A stretch of 64,000 bases of DNA from Azolla caroliniana (GCA_043228905.1 JBHGNT010000020.1:13764001-13828000), one strand, 5' to 3'. Shown: positions 15,481-29,312, counted from the first letter of the stretch. Numbers and translations: made by a program. Notes: a model not told the origin generated them from the sequence alone.

Positions 15481-18400
15481 TTGACATTGCAATTGAGAAA
15501 TAATTACTTGCAATTGATTTTGGATATCCAAAACCTCCTCATCCAACATTGGTGTATGAATTGTTACACATAAAAAGAACTTCTAAGAACTATTGAAGAA
15601 GACCCCATCATCATCGGGCATTAGTTATCCCATACATACTATGAATGATCTAATGTCTCACAAAGTTGTATCCCATGATTGTACTCCCTTGCTATCTATT
15701 TGTGAAAAGCTCCCCAAATTTTGCTTCATGAGAAATTGAAGTAATACTAAAGCAAAAGACAAGTTAAAGTGTCATGGAACTTGTCAAGTAAGGACTTATT
15801 AATGTCATTTGAATGATTGCAAACCTCCAAACAAATAGGGAAGTGGTCTAAAGAACCCACAATTCATAAATATCATAATAATTGATGTTGGTAAACCGGA
15901 ATTATCATGCATCACATCTTTTTCTTTTTTTCTTTTTTCGTAAATGTATGTTTATATTAAAACAACATGACAAATATGTAGGATAAGAGGAAAATTGATT
16001 TAGCAGTTTTCACAGTTATGTTGTATGGGAACTTTGTCCCCATATGAGTTACATTTGTGTTGTTTTGTATTGCAACGCCTTAGAAGGTTGCCCTTGCCAC
16101 ATCGCTACTTTGAAGTAGTTTTGATAGCAAGGTTTTTTTGTATTGTCATGTTGTTTTGTATCATGCATCACAACTCTCTCTCTCTCATTAGCTCTTGAGC
16201 ATCGAGAGTACCTCAACTTCAAAACTACTACATGAAAACTCTTCCCTTTTGATTCCATATGTCATATTTTACTTCCAATGGGAATAATAAAAACTATCTC
16301 TATATAGTAGATGATTGTGTCTCTCTCTTAGATGACATTATTGAGATGTTAACATGTATTTAGGAGCCACCCTCATGTTGTGGCTGATTATAATAAGAAG
16401 CAAGTGCACATGATAACCTTGAACATTTCGAAATATATATATATATATATCATTCTTCTTTTTCTTTTTCTTTTTTTTCCAAAAAAAAAAACTCCTTCCA
16501 TTAGTTATAAAATTTTACAAATGAGACGATTATGTGCAAATCCCTGAAGGGATGCGATAGTTCCATCTTATGTGGATGCCCACTGACTCAAGAAAGGGAG
16601 AGGACGACCACTGTTGGATGAAGGCTATTCGTTGTCTTTCAACTCCCTCAGAGCCGGCCCTTAAGGCCATCATATTGGCTCTTCAAAGTGGTTACAATTT
16701 CACTCCATATCTCTTGCAGTAACCTTGTTGGATGTGCGGTTTGGTTGGAGAAGACTCGCCTACATCGTTGTTTCCATAGAATCCAAAGAGTATCTCTATG
16801 TGTACCAGGTTGTGTGTAAGAAAAATTGTACCATATGAAGTTTTGACTTGACTAAGTACAAACATTTGCATTAGCAATTTAACGAAGTATTAACATTTTC
16901 ACAATGAGATATTAGCTCTCTCACACTCACTCCCTCTATTTGTTTTTTCCTTAGATAAGGTTTTTGAAATAAATTTAATTACTACCAATGGTTCTCTCCC
17001 TTAATGCACACATGAAACAAATTCTCTTTATTTCAATTTGATCATACACGCGCACGCACACACACACACACACACACTCTCTCTCTCTCTCTCTAACCAT
17101 TACTCATTCTTCATTTCGTCATCAATATTTACCAACACACACAAAAAGAACTCGAGAAAAATTTGACTAGCATAACGTTCGTGATACGGAACCATCGGAG
17201 GAGGAAGACTAAAAGTTGACAACAATAACCTAAATATCATGAAGAGTCAAATAATCAAAGGCAAAGGTTTCAAACATTTGCCCTTCATGAGAATATGGAC
17301 ATGCTTTACCCACTTTTGAAAAACTTAGGTCCTATTAAAATATGATTGCAAAAGTCACCTCTTTCTTGGCTATCTCAAATGAGCATACACCATCATGTGA
17401 TTCCATTGATTATTTGTGGATCACTTTGTTCCCACGATCGTTTTTATTGTTTGTGGATGACTGTATCTCGTGCACTACCTCAATTCTCTAATTTTCTAAT
17501 TGGATTGATTTTTGACACAACTTTGTACATTCTTCTTTTTGTCTAAACTTTTCTCATTTAGTAAAACGAAAATGCACTTCAAGACGAGTTTTAAATTTGT
17601 TCTTCATTTTGGGTGTAATATGAAGAATGCATCGGAAGGTTTTGGAAATACAAAAGGAAGAAAACAAGTTATAGAGACTTAAAGTAAAGTTAAAAACTCT
17701 TAACCACTTTTTGCAAGCCAATGCCAATGTTGCAACTTGCTATAACATTGATTCAAAAAAATGATTGCCATGGGTTCCTTTTGTTTGCTTAGATGACCAT
17801 AAATTGACTTTTAAACCAAAATATTGAGCGCTAGAATACGAGAATTTAGGAGGGATGAACTCGAATTCCCTTCTCCTCGTTCTTATCATCATAAACGTTC
17901 TTGCAAGATAAAGGATAAGGATGCATGAGAATCAATGTATGAAATCTCAAATAGGGAAAAGTCAATGATTGGCTAAAACTGCATGACTTGAGAACTATGC
18001 ACATGATGTGCGGAGGGCACATGAACCATTATGATTAGTAAAGAGTTCTAATTGGACAATTACCACAATCAACATCTGAGTTAGCACATGGAGAATCTAT
18101 GTAAGGGCAAGTGAGAAAGAGAAATGATGAATTAGAGAGAGACATTTAGGAGAGGCATGCAAGAGGGTATATGAATAGTATGTAAATTGGAGATCTTTGC
18201 TCACACACCATCTTCATAAATAAAGTTGGAAGGATGCCCTTCTAAGAAAATATTTGCAACATGACCAATTGTTAAAGGAAGAGAAATCCATTATTTGGTC
18301 ATTGACTAACTTTCACTTCACATCATGATAAAACCTATGCTTATCAGATGTGCTATTACATCATATCCAAGATTGTGTAACACAAGACACTATTATAACA

Positions 18401-19002
18401 CCCTTAAGGACAAAGAGAGAAATGATATATAGTTTCACACTACAAGTCATCACCTATGAGAGTACTATTTTGATAAGCTTGATCACACTTAATGTGGGTT
18501 AAACTAATGGCCCCCTTAAATATTGTTAATATGTTGTATGATGTATCCATTTACACTAATATCATTGTCCTTGGTCCTTGGGTATATGTGCAGACTTCTA
18601 AGAGAGGGATATAGTATTGAGTAAGATGGTTGGGCGCACTATATATCTATTGGCAATATAATAGTTTATGTGACCATAGTTAAAGAAATTTCATAATATT
18701 TTGGAAATAGAAATTATTCATTATTTCATAACAATAAGAATTAAAGTAATCTGGCACGGTTGTTTAATATGGACTCCCTCTTTTGATCAAGACCTCGTTA
18801 CAAAAGAGTCATTGTGATCTCGTGAGATACACTTGTGATCTCATGATATTGTCCAAACATTTTTGGAACAATTGCGTTCCACTTAATTTCATCCCTATTT
18901 CAATACATTTTCATGGTTTCAAACACCTCCAGAAAAAGAGTAAATTTTTATACATGATGGGATATCTTTTGTGGATTCACTCAAGAAGCTTGATGCCAAT
19001 GC

Positions 19003-22000
19003 TTAGGAAGGCACATCACCACCAAAGTACATACTTGAAACTCCATGAAGACGCCGGGTATTACCACCTCCGAGAGCAGAGAGGTCCAAATTAGGAAAAA
19101 CGGAGCATCGGCATCGAGGACATTTGATGTTGAGCCTCAACCACTCATCAATACATCCAACGTGAAAATTATGCGCACATGGTAACCCTCGTACCTGAAG
19201 AGAAACACAATACATATATATGCACATATAAAAAGTACTAGAAAAATCTTAGGACTGGTACAATAGTTTAACACAGCTTGTAAGCCACAAATGGTGAGTT
19301 CGACCATCATCCTGATTCCTCACCACTGAACAACAACTAAGTCATGGAAGTCTACATGTTATATCAAGATAACTGTTTATTTTTCTATCTTTCAGAAGCC
19401 AATGTTTGCGTGTGTAAACAAGAAACACAGTTGCATTAAAAAACAAAGTACCAGTAAACTTCGCTGGAAAACAGGGGCTCCTCTTGGGAATTTTATTAAA
19501 TAAATTTCCCTAATATATGAAGAATCTGTTTCTGTTTCCTTGATTGCCAAATCAGAATTGAAGCCAACAGGTTTCCACAAGAAACAGTGCATATAAATTA
19601 CAAAACAATCAAATTTGTTTATTGGGGAAAACACCAGAATACCCTTCCATAACCCTTCATTTTCAAAACTACCAGAGGAGCACCTCGTAGTGATAGATTT
19701 GTTGCACATTACCAGAGGAGCACTGGTAATGCGCAACAAATAAGTGTATTTTAGAGTTCTATTCTTTCTTTCTTTCTTTACGGTAGTGCTTCAGTGTTTC
19801 TTCCTATGAGCTATACATAAACTCCCAGCCCTACCTCAATTGGCAATAAAGCCCCTTAATAAGAAATTTGTGAAATAAAAGGTAAAAAGTAAAATAAAAA
19901 TTACATGGGAAGAACCAAGAATGATCTATACCTCGTTTCCAGCATGGAATTCTTCCAAACAAATAGGGCATTCACTACATTCGGTTGGTACTGTCTTTAA
20001 GTGGAATTTTGGAAGTTGTTGAATAAGACCTTGTATTGCATCTCTCTACACAAAGTTATCAGAATAATCTTTAGAAAAACTATGATTGTGCATGCAAGAA
20101 AAAAAATCCATGCAAAGTAGCAGGAAATAATTTCTTTAGTTTATGATGTGGTTACACAAGTCGATTTCATGTGGATGGCTCTCAATGTTGCTGATTGAAC
20201 CATGAGCTCATATTCTCCTGTCCTTTTCTTTTCCTCTACTTGAACACCTAGATTTCTTTTAACATACCATCTTGCAAAATATTTCCAGATGTCTTGAACT
20301 CAGCCAGATGAAAGAAATTTGCTTTGTGGTTTTTCTGTGAGAAGAATCCAATATGCAGTCTTGGGGAGGAAATTTCAGGCATTCTTCTTACTTGCAATAT
20401 GAGGACGTACAACTCTATTAGCCTTCTTCCACTTTCCAGAAGCATTATGGAGTAATGGATTGTGCTTTTAGCTGCTGGATGTCGGCATATAAATTTCTTC
20501 TGCATTTTCTCTATTTCATTCCAAGAGCTTGTTGAAATACTGCTTCCACAAACATCAATTCCATAGACCAGAGTTGGCAGCATGCATGCATCAATTACTA
20601 AGATCTATTCTACCATCTTTGGGTCGTGGTGAGTTCTCAAATTCTTCATGTCGGGTTAAGCAGGTTTCCATTCTCCTAGTTAGACAGACACGCATTCCAC
20701 GTGAGTTGTATAGGTATGCCATATCTGAGGGTATTTGAAACTGTGAACTACTGCACTAATGACTGCTGTCCTGAATTTCACATTTGACAGTGCTTACTAC
20801 CATGACTTTGGTCTTAGTCACATTGACTTCTAGACCACCATGTCCACAGAAAGTACATGCCATATCTAAAAGCTTTTCCAGTCATAACTTAAGAATATGC
20901 CAACTGTGTAACATAACCTTCATTTGTCTTTCAACATGCATATTACTTGCTGGTATAAGCAGGCCACAGTTGTTTTCAAGCATATTAATACTCTACAAGG
21001 GGTGTTTCAGGAATGTTGTGAAGGGGTATTTGGGTAAATTTTGCAAAAGCAATGAAATCAGTCACCATGTAGAGCAAATAGTTTTTTGTAAGACCTGAGG
21101 TTGGGTTAAGAACAAGCCGGGATGATAAGTAGCTGCCTCAAGGCCCATTCTCATTTCTTGCTCAGTATCCATTACTTGGAAAGCCTGATGATCGGGCACT
21201 CGTATCAAATCCATTAAGACCTACCAAAACATACCATAATTAATGAAGACTTGGTCTGAATATTGCTGGTAAGCATTCCTCTTTATACATTTTTTGGTTG
21301 CTACCTGGAGCTCAGACACAACCATACCCGGAGAAGATTGTAGTAGTGTGTGTCGCCTTACCAACCACTAGCATAAATCAGTAGGCATAAGGATATTATT
21401 ATTTCACTTCAAAGTTTCTGTCAAAAACATTCAATACTAACCAATAGACATGTGAAGATTTTTTTTCTATTTCAAATTTTTTATCCAAAGCATTAAATAT
21501 TAACCAATAGGCAAAATGATATTCCTACTTTCATCTAAACTTTTCCACCTAAAGAATTAATCATTCATTTCAACAGAAACATTATCAACACCCTTTAAAA
21601 TAAGATGTATAAATGCAAAAGCACAGTGCAACATCCTGCCTCTTGCATGCTAATGTGATGGATTACCATTTAGAAACCTTTTTAAATGAACCATAGAAAC
21701 AGTAGAAAATATACACATGTTTGAGGAACTCACTTTTCTGATGAGTAAATAGAGGATCCATAGCAGCCCAAAATAGCTGAAGGACAGCCAAATAACCAAA
21801 CCCAATCTTGGTCCTCCAGGTATCTACCATTAAAAAGGAACTTATTTTGAAACCAGAACTTCTGAAACAGAAAAAGATTCACATGCTTGACTGAATATTG
21901 ACTCTTCAAAAGCATTGCTTACACAGTTTCTTGTGCTGGAGAGCCATAGACATCCAACGATTGTCCAAGCCCAAAGGAAAGGATAGAGAAAAAATGCCAA

Positions 22001-23906
22001 ACAAACCAAGACTATAACCCTGCCTTTCAACCTCAATACCATTTGTAAATTATCATTGTGATTATGCCTGAAGAAAATCGCCAATCGAAAAATAGCACAT
22101 ATTTCATTAATACTGTGAATAATGTTGTGACAAGGTTGCAACTCCTTCATGGCATAGCTTCCATATGGAACATGAAATGAAAGAATAATTCATGTACCTT
22201 AAAATATTACAATATAACTCTCAGGTGAGAAAGAAAGCAAGATAAATATTCAGCAATATAGGCATAGGAAATATTTTCTCTACAATCTTTTCATGCCCTT
22301 ATTTGAAGGCCCACCCATTGTACCCATATCAAATCAACTGTCACTTTCACAGAATATGTAGCTAACGACTTCCATCTTTTTCTCTTTGTATGTCTCATTT
22401 GGTATCATATCATCTGTCTGAAACTACGGAATGAGGCTTTCTTTGCTTTTCATACATGCCAGTTTCATAAAGTACTCCATCAAAGTGTTTCATTTTGAAA
22501 ACATTAGCAGAGAGCATATCCACAGATTTTCAATAATCAAATACGCCACTTTGAGAAAAGCACCTCATTTTTCATATTGTAAGTGAAGACAAGACTGAAA
22601 AAGCAAAAACTTAACAGATCACTCCATAAGCAAAATAGGATAAACCAATTTTATTACTCTATTTGCTTTTATGCAAATGACCTTTATGATAGAAAAACAA
22701 AAACTATAATTTCTTTTATAAATGGCTCGTAACTTTGCAGCGAAAAGTTTCTTTCTGGGTTCTTTGTTTTCTATTCCTCTATATTCCACAATAATGAGGG
22801 ATGGGATATTTCCACTTACAATGATGGACTCTCAGAAAGGCCATGATTGGCAACTGTGAGAATGTGGAAAATGAAAATTGTAGCATAATCCACCTGCACA
22901 ACATATTATAAAAATACATTTGATGAATGACAATATTTAAATAAAACAAAATTGTTGTTTACGAAACAGTAGAAATGCTGACCAGATATACACTCACCAA
23001 AATCCAGATTTGCATGGGGTACGAGCAATTCTGATACTTGTCCCATTTTATAGAAATAGCTACTCTACACCAAGAGAGAATTAAGAACTTTTTCCAATAA
23101 GTATGACACTATGCATTGCAATGTGATCACATTCTGAATGACGAACAAAATTCCAAATAAGGGATTTATGTGAATCATATAGAATTGATGAAATTCCACT
23201 TCTACATAGAATCAATGAGTTCTTCATCTAGGAAAATTTTAAGTATTTTTTTACTTCATTTTACCACTTCCAAAAGTTATGTTATTATATTTCCAAGGAA
23301 TTTCTATGATCATGTTCAACTACAAAGCATATTCATGAGACATTACACTACAAATCATTTTCCATAAGCCCATTAAGCTACAATGCATTTTTCATGATCA
23401 CATTACATTACAAAGTATTGTTATTTAAGTACGAACAACATGTGCCCATGTCATACTTCTTTCAAATGATGTCATAAAAACTACAGAGAATTGAGATTTA
23501 GGTGGAATAAACCATGAGTACATTACATCTCTTTACAAAGTATCACATAAACTACAAAGAGATTATGTGTAGATTTATTACGGCAATAAGCTTATAAACT
23601 ATCTTAGATGTATATTTGCACAAATGTAAGTTACGTTTCTAGGCAAACCTCTTATTTAAACCATAAGGTAGAAGTTAAATCTTTAAATTACTCGACACTT
23701 AACATGTAATTTAACTTTAGCAATTAATTTGAAGCATTAGAATATGTAAACATAAAGGATACGCACTGATAGCAAGCATCAGCAGAAACAGGGCATCATA
23801 CCTGAATAATAATACATGAATAAACAGATAAAGGTCAAAAATTGCAAAGAAACTAAGAGAACTAATTATAGAAAATAGCCCACCATTGAATGTTGAGCCC
23901 AGTCAT
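19003..23906 (-). CDS. SIS3: SIS3-like transmembrane RING-H2 E3 ubiquitin ligase, 10 exons, ~310 aa
   Basis: Exons: 23884-23906, 23763-23801, 22998-23064, 22820-22893, 21923-22067, 21734-21823, 21305-21367, 21095-21220, 19932-20045, 19003-19194 (933 nt, phases consistent). Peptides WYDALFLLMLA, YPMQIWILVDY, LYPFLWAWT, YHPGLFLT and ECPICLEEF...RGLPCAHNFHVGCIDEWLRLNIKCPRCRCSVFP match Arabidopsis SIS3 as I recall it. Confidence 0.92.
20240..21030 (-). mobile_element. LINE RT remnant inside SIS3 intron 8
   Basis: PTLVYGIDVCG...WNEIEKMQKKF...YSIMLLESG is typical of the region downstream of LINE RT. Confidence 0.65.
23065..23762 (-). other. U12-type (minor spliceosome) GT-AG intron, SIS3 intron 2
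   Basis: Donor GTATCCTTT and a branch-like TTCTTAAT ~15 nt before the AG. Confidence 0.8.
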
Positions 23907-24628
23907 CCTCTCCAGTGTGAAAACAAATCCATACGCCAAACCTGTTTTCAGGGTTTCTAATTTTAGGGTATGGCTCAGGTTCTCAGGTGCTATGGAAAAT
24001 TCGAATCAAACTGCAGAACAATTAAAGCTTCCACAATCTCTTCAGGACAGAGTACAGATATATACGCATATATATATATATATATATATACATATAGCTC
24101 TGTTAGGTTTGCTTTCACACTACAAGGTGGGACAAACATTGCGGACCTGAGTGTGGACGAATCATTAGAGCCTAGAGGAGATCGTGTTGGGTTTTAGTTT
24201 CAAAATATACCTCACAATACTCTTATCGATTTGTCCATCGACATTCTACTACATGCACGAGATGGCGGTGTAAATTTTGTTGTGTTGCGGAATCAGTGAT
24301 CAATGGCGAATCCCAAACCCACCCCACCCCACAAATGGGAATGCATTCCTTCAATGTCGCACGCACGACTGTTTATCAATGTTGAATTCAAATCATTAGC
24401 TTTATGATTCCCTAAGACTTGCTTTGAAACGAAAGTGCCTTGAATAGATGAGTGCACGTCCGTGTGTGTGTGAGTGTGTGTGTGTTACTGTGGCATAAAG
24501 TCATTGGTCACAAGAAAAATGAACACACATAGAATAGATTTGTATGTTTATGTTGCACAAAGTCATTGGTCACAAGAAAAAAGGTCTAGACACCTCCTTC
24601 TCCACTGCTATGGCATATTGAGGTTGAA

Positions 24629-24873
24629 CAAAAAAAGCAAGGAAAGTGTGCCTTGTATGAACACTCTAATGAACCACAAGAGCTTTGGACAAAAAAAGCA
24701 AGGAAAGTGTGCCTTGTAGGAACACTCTAATGAACCACAAGAGCTTTGGACAAAAAAAGCAAGGAAAGTGTGCCTTGTAGGAACACTCTAATGAACCACA
24801 AGAGCTTTGGACAAACAAGCAAGGAAAGTGTGCCTTGTAGTAACACCCTCATGAACCACAAGAGCTTTGGACA
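24629..24873. repeat. Minisatellite, 4 copies of a ~61 bp unit
   Basis: Unit aaaaaaagcaaggaaagtgtgccttgtaggaacactctaatgaaccacaagagctttggac. Confidence 0.92.
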
Positions 24874-25196
24874 TTTGGGGGTTCGCACCATGTAAATTTT
24901 GAGTTCTTTTCCGCCTTTTGGTTGGGTGACCATGTGAATTTCCATATTGCATATAATTCACACAATTGACTCTGAAAACATCACTTTATAAACCTCAATT
25001 TTGGATTCAGGAATAATTATTCTTTTAGGTGTTATTATAGTTGTTGAGCTAGAGGCAACCCTATAAACTAAGCTTAGTTCTCGAGGAATGAACTAGTTTA
25101 ATTATGCAGGGACCTTGATACTTGTAAATTGTAAAATTATACAACCATATTGTAAATTGTAATCTTTGATGCATAAACGGGGTTTTCCCTTTCAGT

Positions 25197-25295
25197 GAAA
25201 GATGAAAAGAACTTTGAAAAGAGAGTTAAAACGTGCTTGAAATTGCTAGGAGGGAAGCGAATGGAGGCCACGGGTGCACCCCGGTTGGATGCAAA
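25197..25295 (+). pseudogene. Dispersed 25S/26S rDNA fragment (~100 bp)
   Basis: gaaagatgaaaagaactttgaaaagagagttaaaacgtgcttgaaattgctaggagggaagcgaatggaggcc matches the conserved LSU segment before the D2 region. Confidence 0.8.
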
Positions 25296-27274
25296 ATGAC
25301 GTGAGTGTTGAATACTGGTGTCGTATTCACACTATCTCTTGGACAAACTAGGTTTAGGTCAATTCTGTAAATATATCAAAGGGCAATTGCCCTAGCTCAA
25401 TTGGTATATAAGTGACTTTGTAACCTAGCTCATTAGGTGGTTGTTGATTCCATCTTGTTGTAACTATGATTTTTCGAATAATACAACAACATATTGTGTG
25501 CCATTCTGTATCTCTCTCACTCTCACTCTATCGCTTTGAACTTGGTCTACCATGCTAACTTGGTGACCTTCTTAGCAAGGTGTTGTTCATGTTTCCACAC
25601 TAACAGTCTCAGACTCCAACATCCAGTATCAGAGTTGGAGGTTGTTCAACCTGCTGCCAACCATCATCTATTTTCAATAGCATTCTTGCCCCTGTCTTCT
25701 TGAAGAACCTTAGTTCAAGATCTCATCTGGAGAACACAAAGACAATTGAAGATTTGCACTCTACTGAGCTAGATCACTCTTAAGGTAAACCAATCAATTC
25801 TACCTTGCATGTGTGATTGCAACCACTCAAAGTGGAATCTCTATCAAATCGGCCTTGATCGTGCTTTACTAGGTTAGACACTATCTACTTGTTTGTCACA
25901 AGCACTCAAAGCAGATCCAGCCTTAGGAGCAACCGCCTTCCGTGCTTCATTCAGTTACACAACATTCAGGAAGACTAGTCAAATCTATCCCTCTTGCTGT
26001 TTTAGTCACCCAAAGCAAGATCGGCCTAGAAAACGGCACAAAGGCACATAATCTATGATCGACCTCTTGAAATGCAATTGGAATCGAATCAACAGTTAAT
26101 TGTGCTCAATCCCACTAGGCGACATTCGGGAAGACCAGTCGGCTATGTCCCTCTATTCACCATAGCCACTCCGATAAAGTTTAGCACCCAACTACTCCAA
26201 TAGTTGAAGTCGATTTGACTCGTGTTCAAATCTGACTAGAACGATATTGGGTAAGCCAATCGGCAACACCCTACCACTGTTCGTAGTTGACTCTAGACAA
26301 AGTCTAGTAAGCTGACACAGATGGCATCAACATCCGGCTCATCAGTGATGAGTCTAAGGAAGTTTGAAGGATCGAACTTCAACTTTTGGAAGGAGCAGAT
26401 GCAGAACTATCTAATAATCAAGGGCTAGATTGACCGAATCGAGACTGAAGATGCTCCAAAAGGATACAAGCTAAATGAGTGACAAAAGCTGGACAGAATC
26501 ATCCATGCCACAATTCAGATGCACTTGTTGGAGTCAGTGTACTTCTCAGTGCAATCATATTTGACCGCCTTTCAACTACATAAGACACTCTCAAACACTT
26601 ACAAAAAGAAGGTCACCACCACAAAGATATATTTGATACGGCACCTCTACAACCTTCGGATGAAAGAATCTAACTCGGTCCATGCATACATGAACGAGTA
26701 CGAAAGTCTAAGCTCACAACTATGTGCAATGCGTCAACTACAGTAGTAAAATACTCCGAAGTCACAAGGGCAATCCTGACTGAAGCATCTCAAAGGAAAT
26801 CATTTGCAAACAATTTAGCCAGTGAGGCCTATGTAGTACAAAGTTCGATCGACCGACCGAACAGTCAAGGAAGAAGTTCTTCCTGCCCACCGACAAATCA
26901 GTGAAGTCGGAGCAAGTCTCAGACAATCAAACCTACAATTATTGCAAGAAACCAAGACATATCAAGGCCGACTATCGTGCCCTCAAAGCTAGAAACGAAC
27001 AGGCTCAGAGAGTTTATCAAAAGGGTGGCCGACAAGAGGAGGTCAACTACGTCGGCTCATTAGCTGAAATATTGACAAACGACCCGAACATTTTGTTCAT
27101 CAAACACTCAATCGAATCAGAAGTTCTACTTACGACGAAAGAGTCAAGCAGTTAGCTCCTAGATTCGGGCACTTAATAATATGTGACCCCTCATAGATCC
27201 CAATTTCGGCAATATTCGGCCCGACATTCTGACTCAGTCCGAGTCGAAAATTCGCAACACTACGCTATCATTGG

Positions 27275-28394
27275 TGTTGAGCGGCAAGCTCAACCAGATC
27301 CGGATCAACTAAATAAGCCTGAGCCGATGAGCAAGTGAGCCGGTGAGCTGGGGAACCGGTTAGCCAGATCCATCAGTAACCGAAAGCCTAGTAGCAACCT
27401 AGACTACTAGGAAGTTAATGTCTCATAGTTAGTGTTAGACACTTGTGTGAGCATTGAAGTACACTGTACTTCTATCAGTCTGTATGAACTTGTATAAAAG
27501 TGTTCACTGAACACATACGATGTACAGATTGAGTATTATTTTTTAATAGAGTTTCTGTGTGCTCTCTCACTCTCTGTCTCTCCCGCTTACTGTGTATATT
27601 CTAAGCTCTTCATTAAACCTGTGTTTCTGTCTTCGGTTTTCTATTGCTTCTGCACAACGTATTCTTTTACGTGGTATCAGAGCGTGAGGGTTGAGAACAT
27701 CTACATCCAACATAGCTTGAAAAGAAAACCAACCAAGAAGAACAAGTAAAAACCGATGGATAGAGGTATGGATAGCTCGCTTGTGACGGAGAAGCTCGAC
27801 AGAAACAACTACGCATCTTGGTCCTACAAGATGCACCAATACCTACTTGGGCACAGTTACTGGAGCTATGTTGACGGAGCAAATGACACAGCACCCAAAT
27901 CGACACACAGAGATTTCCCGGTGTGGGAACAGTCGCAGAGCAGAGTATTGTACTGCTTCGCGTCTTGTGTGGGCGAACAACTACTAAGCTACATTCGGGA
28001 TGCAAAAACGCCAAAAGATGCTTGGGCAAATCTGAAGAAGATTTTCGCCGCAAGCACTACAACCAGGAAGCTTCAACTCCGACAGGAGCTGAGCAACCTA
28101 CGACAACGCGACTTGTCGGTGGTAGACTACACCTCCAAAATCAAGGACATTTGCAACTCTCTGGCCTCCATCGATGTGAATATCGAAGAAGCCGATATGG
28201 TGCAAATCTGTCTCGGAGGTTTGGCGTCAAAGTTCGGAGCATTCCGAACTGCTATGTGTACAAGGGAGAATACGCCGTCATTTTTCGACCTATAGTCGAT
28301 GCTCCTCATAGAGGAGAACCACGCGGGTACGTCGACGAGCACACATGCCGACAGCAAGATGTTGTACATAGAGGGAGATAGGCCCTATGGGCGT
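27275..28394 (+). mobile_element. Copia-2, 5' fragment (LTR, PBS-Met, gag)
   Basis: LTR 27275-27671, PBS TGGTATCAGAGC at 27672-27683, then gag. It is cut off by the Gypsy A LTR. Confidence 0.85.
27756..28295 (+). pseudogene. Copia gag (UBN2-type), premature stop
   Basis: EKLDRNNYASW...AKTPKDAW...RKLQLRQELSNLRQ. The frame continues past the TAG to 28394. Confidence 0.8.
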
Positions 28395-29312
28395 TGTCGG
28401 GGTAGTTGTGGTTCTTGCGGCGAAGTCGCGGGGACTAAGGTTAAGGGGAGTTGAAGGAACTTAACTTTTAATAAGGCTTGTATGGTGATGATAGAATGGT
28501 TAAGGATAGTAAGAAGAAGAGTTACGAGTAATGTGTGTGTGAGAGAGAGAGATGAGAATAGATAGAAGATAGAGACAATATATGATTCAAGAAGCAAGAT
28601 AGAGACAAAATATGATTTCATAAGGAAGATTGAGACAAAGTATGAATCAAGAAGCAAGAGTATTTGATATAAACATTCAATGTATATTAAAAAGACAATT
28701 TTATACCAACTTTACAATCCTTGATCGCAAACTGAACACATTCTCTATCGACCCTTGATTTGAACCCACGACCTCAACTTCGAAACGAGAGGTTCTCCAC
28801 CCAATGAGCTAGTCTTCTTTACTTGATTGTATTATTTTCTCACTTTCTCTTGATTCCCCTCCTTGTTTTCCCTTTCCCCTCTTTATATAAGTGTTGCCAT
28901 GCATATGGTAATGTATGGGAGCATGGCATGCATGCAATGCATGAGTTACATGTAATGCATGATCGCCATTTGGCACACATGCATTGCATGTGATGAATGA
29001 TGGCTATGTATGAAAATAGATATGAGATAATTATAATGATGAAAATGCATTCAAAATAACTAACCTAGCTTAGTGGTGTATGCTTGGTGCTTGGTATACA
29101 AGGTTGAGGGTTCAAGTCCCTCAATTTTACTTAATACAATATATAGCTTCACTCTTATATCATGAAGCACATTTATTACACACTTTTACAAATAAATAGC
29201 CTAGCCTAGTGGTATGTACATTGTACATCGTATATAAGGATGTGGGTTCAAGTCTCTCAAATATTAGTAAATACAACATTTAAGCTCATTTTTATATCGT
29301 GAAGCACATTCT

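Noticed and set aside
16540-16890. Possible coding or LINE remnant
   Set aside because: Too degenerate to assign.
24629-24873. Regularly spaced repeats resembling a CRISPR array
   Set aside because: The units repeat in full with no unique spacers, the context is eukaryotic, and there are no cas genes.
25197-25295. rRNA gene
   Set aside because: Only ~100 bp, degenerate, with no other rDNA nearby.
28750-29260. Functional tRNA genes
   Set aside because: There are no acceptor stems or complete cloverleaves, so these are reported only as tRNA-like modules.
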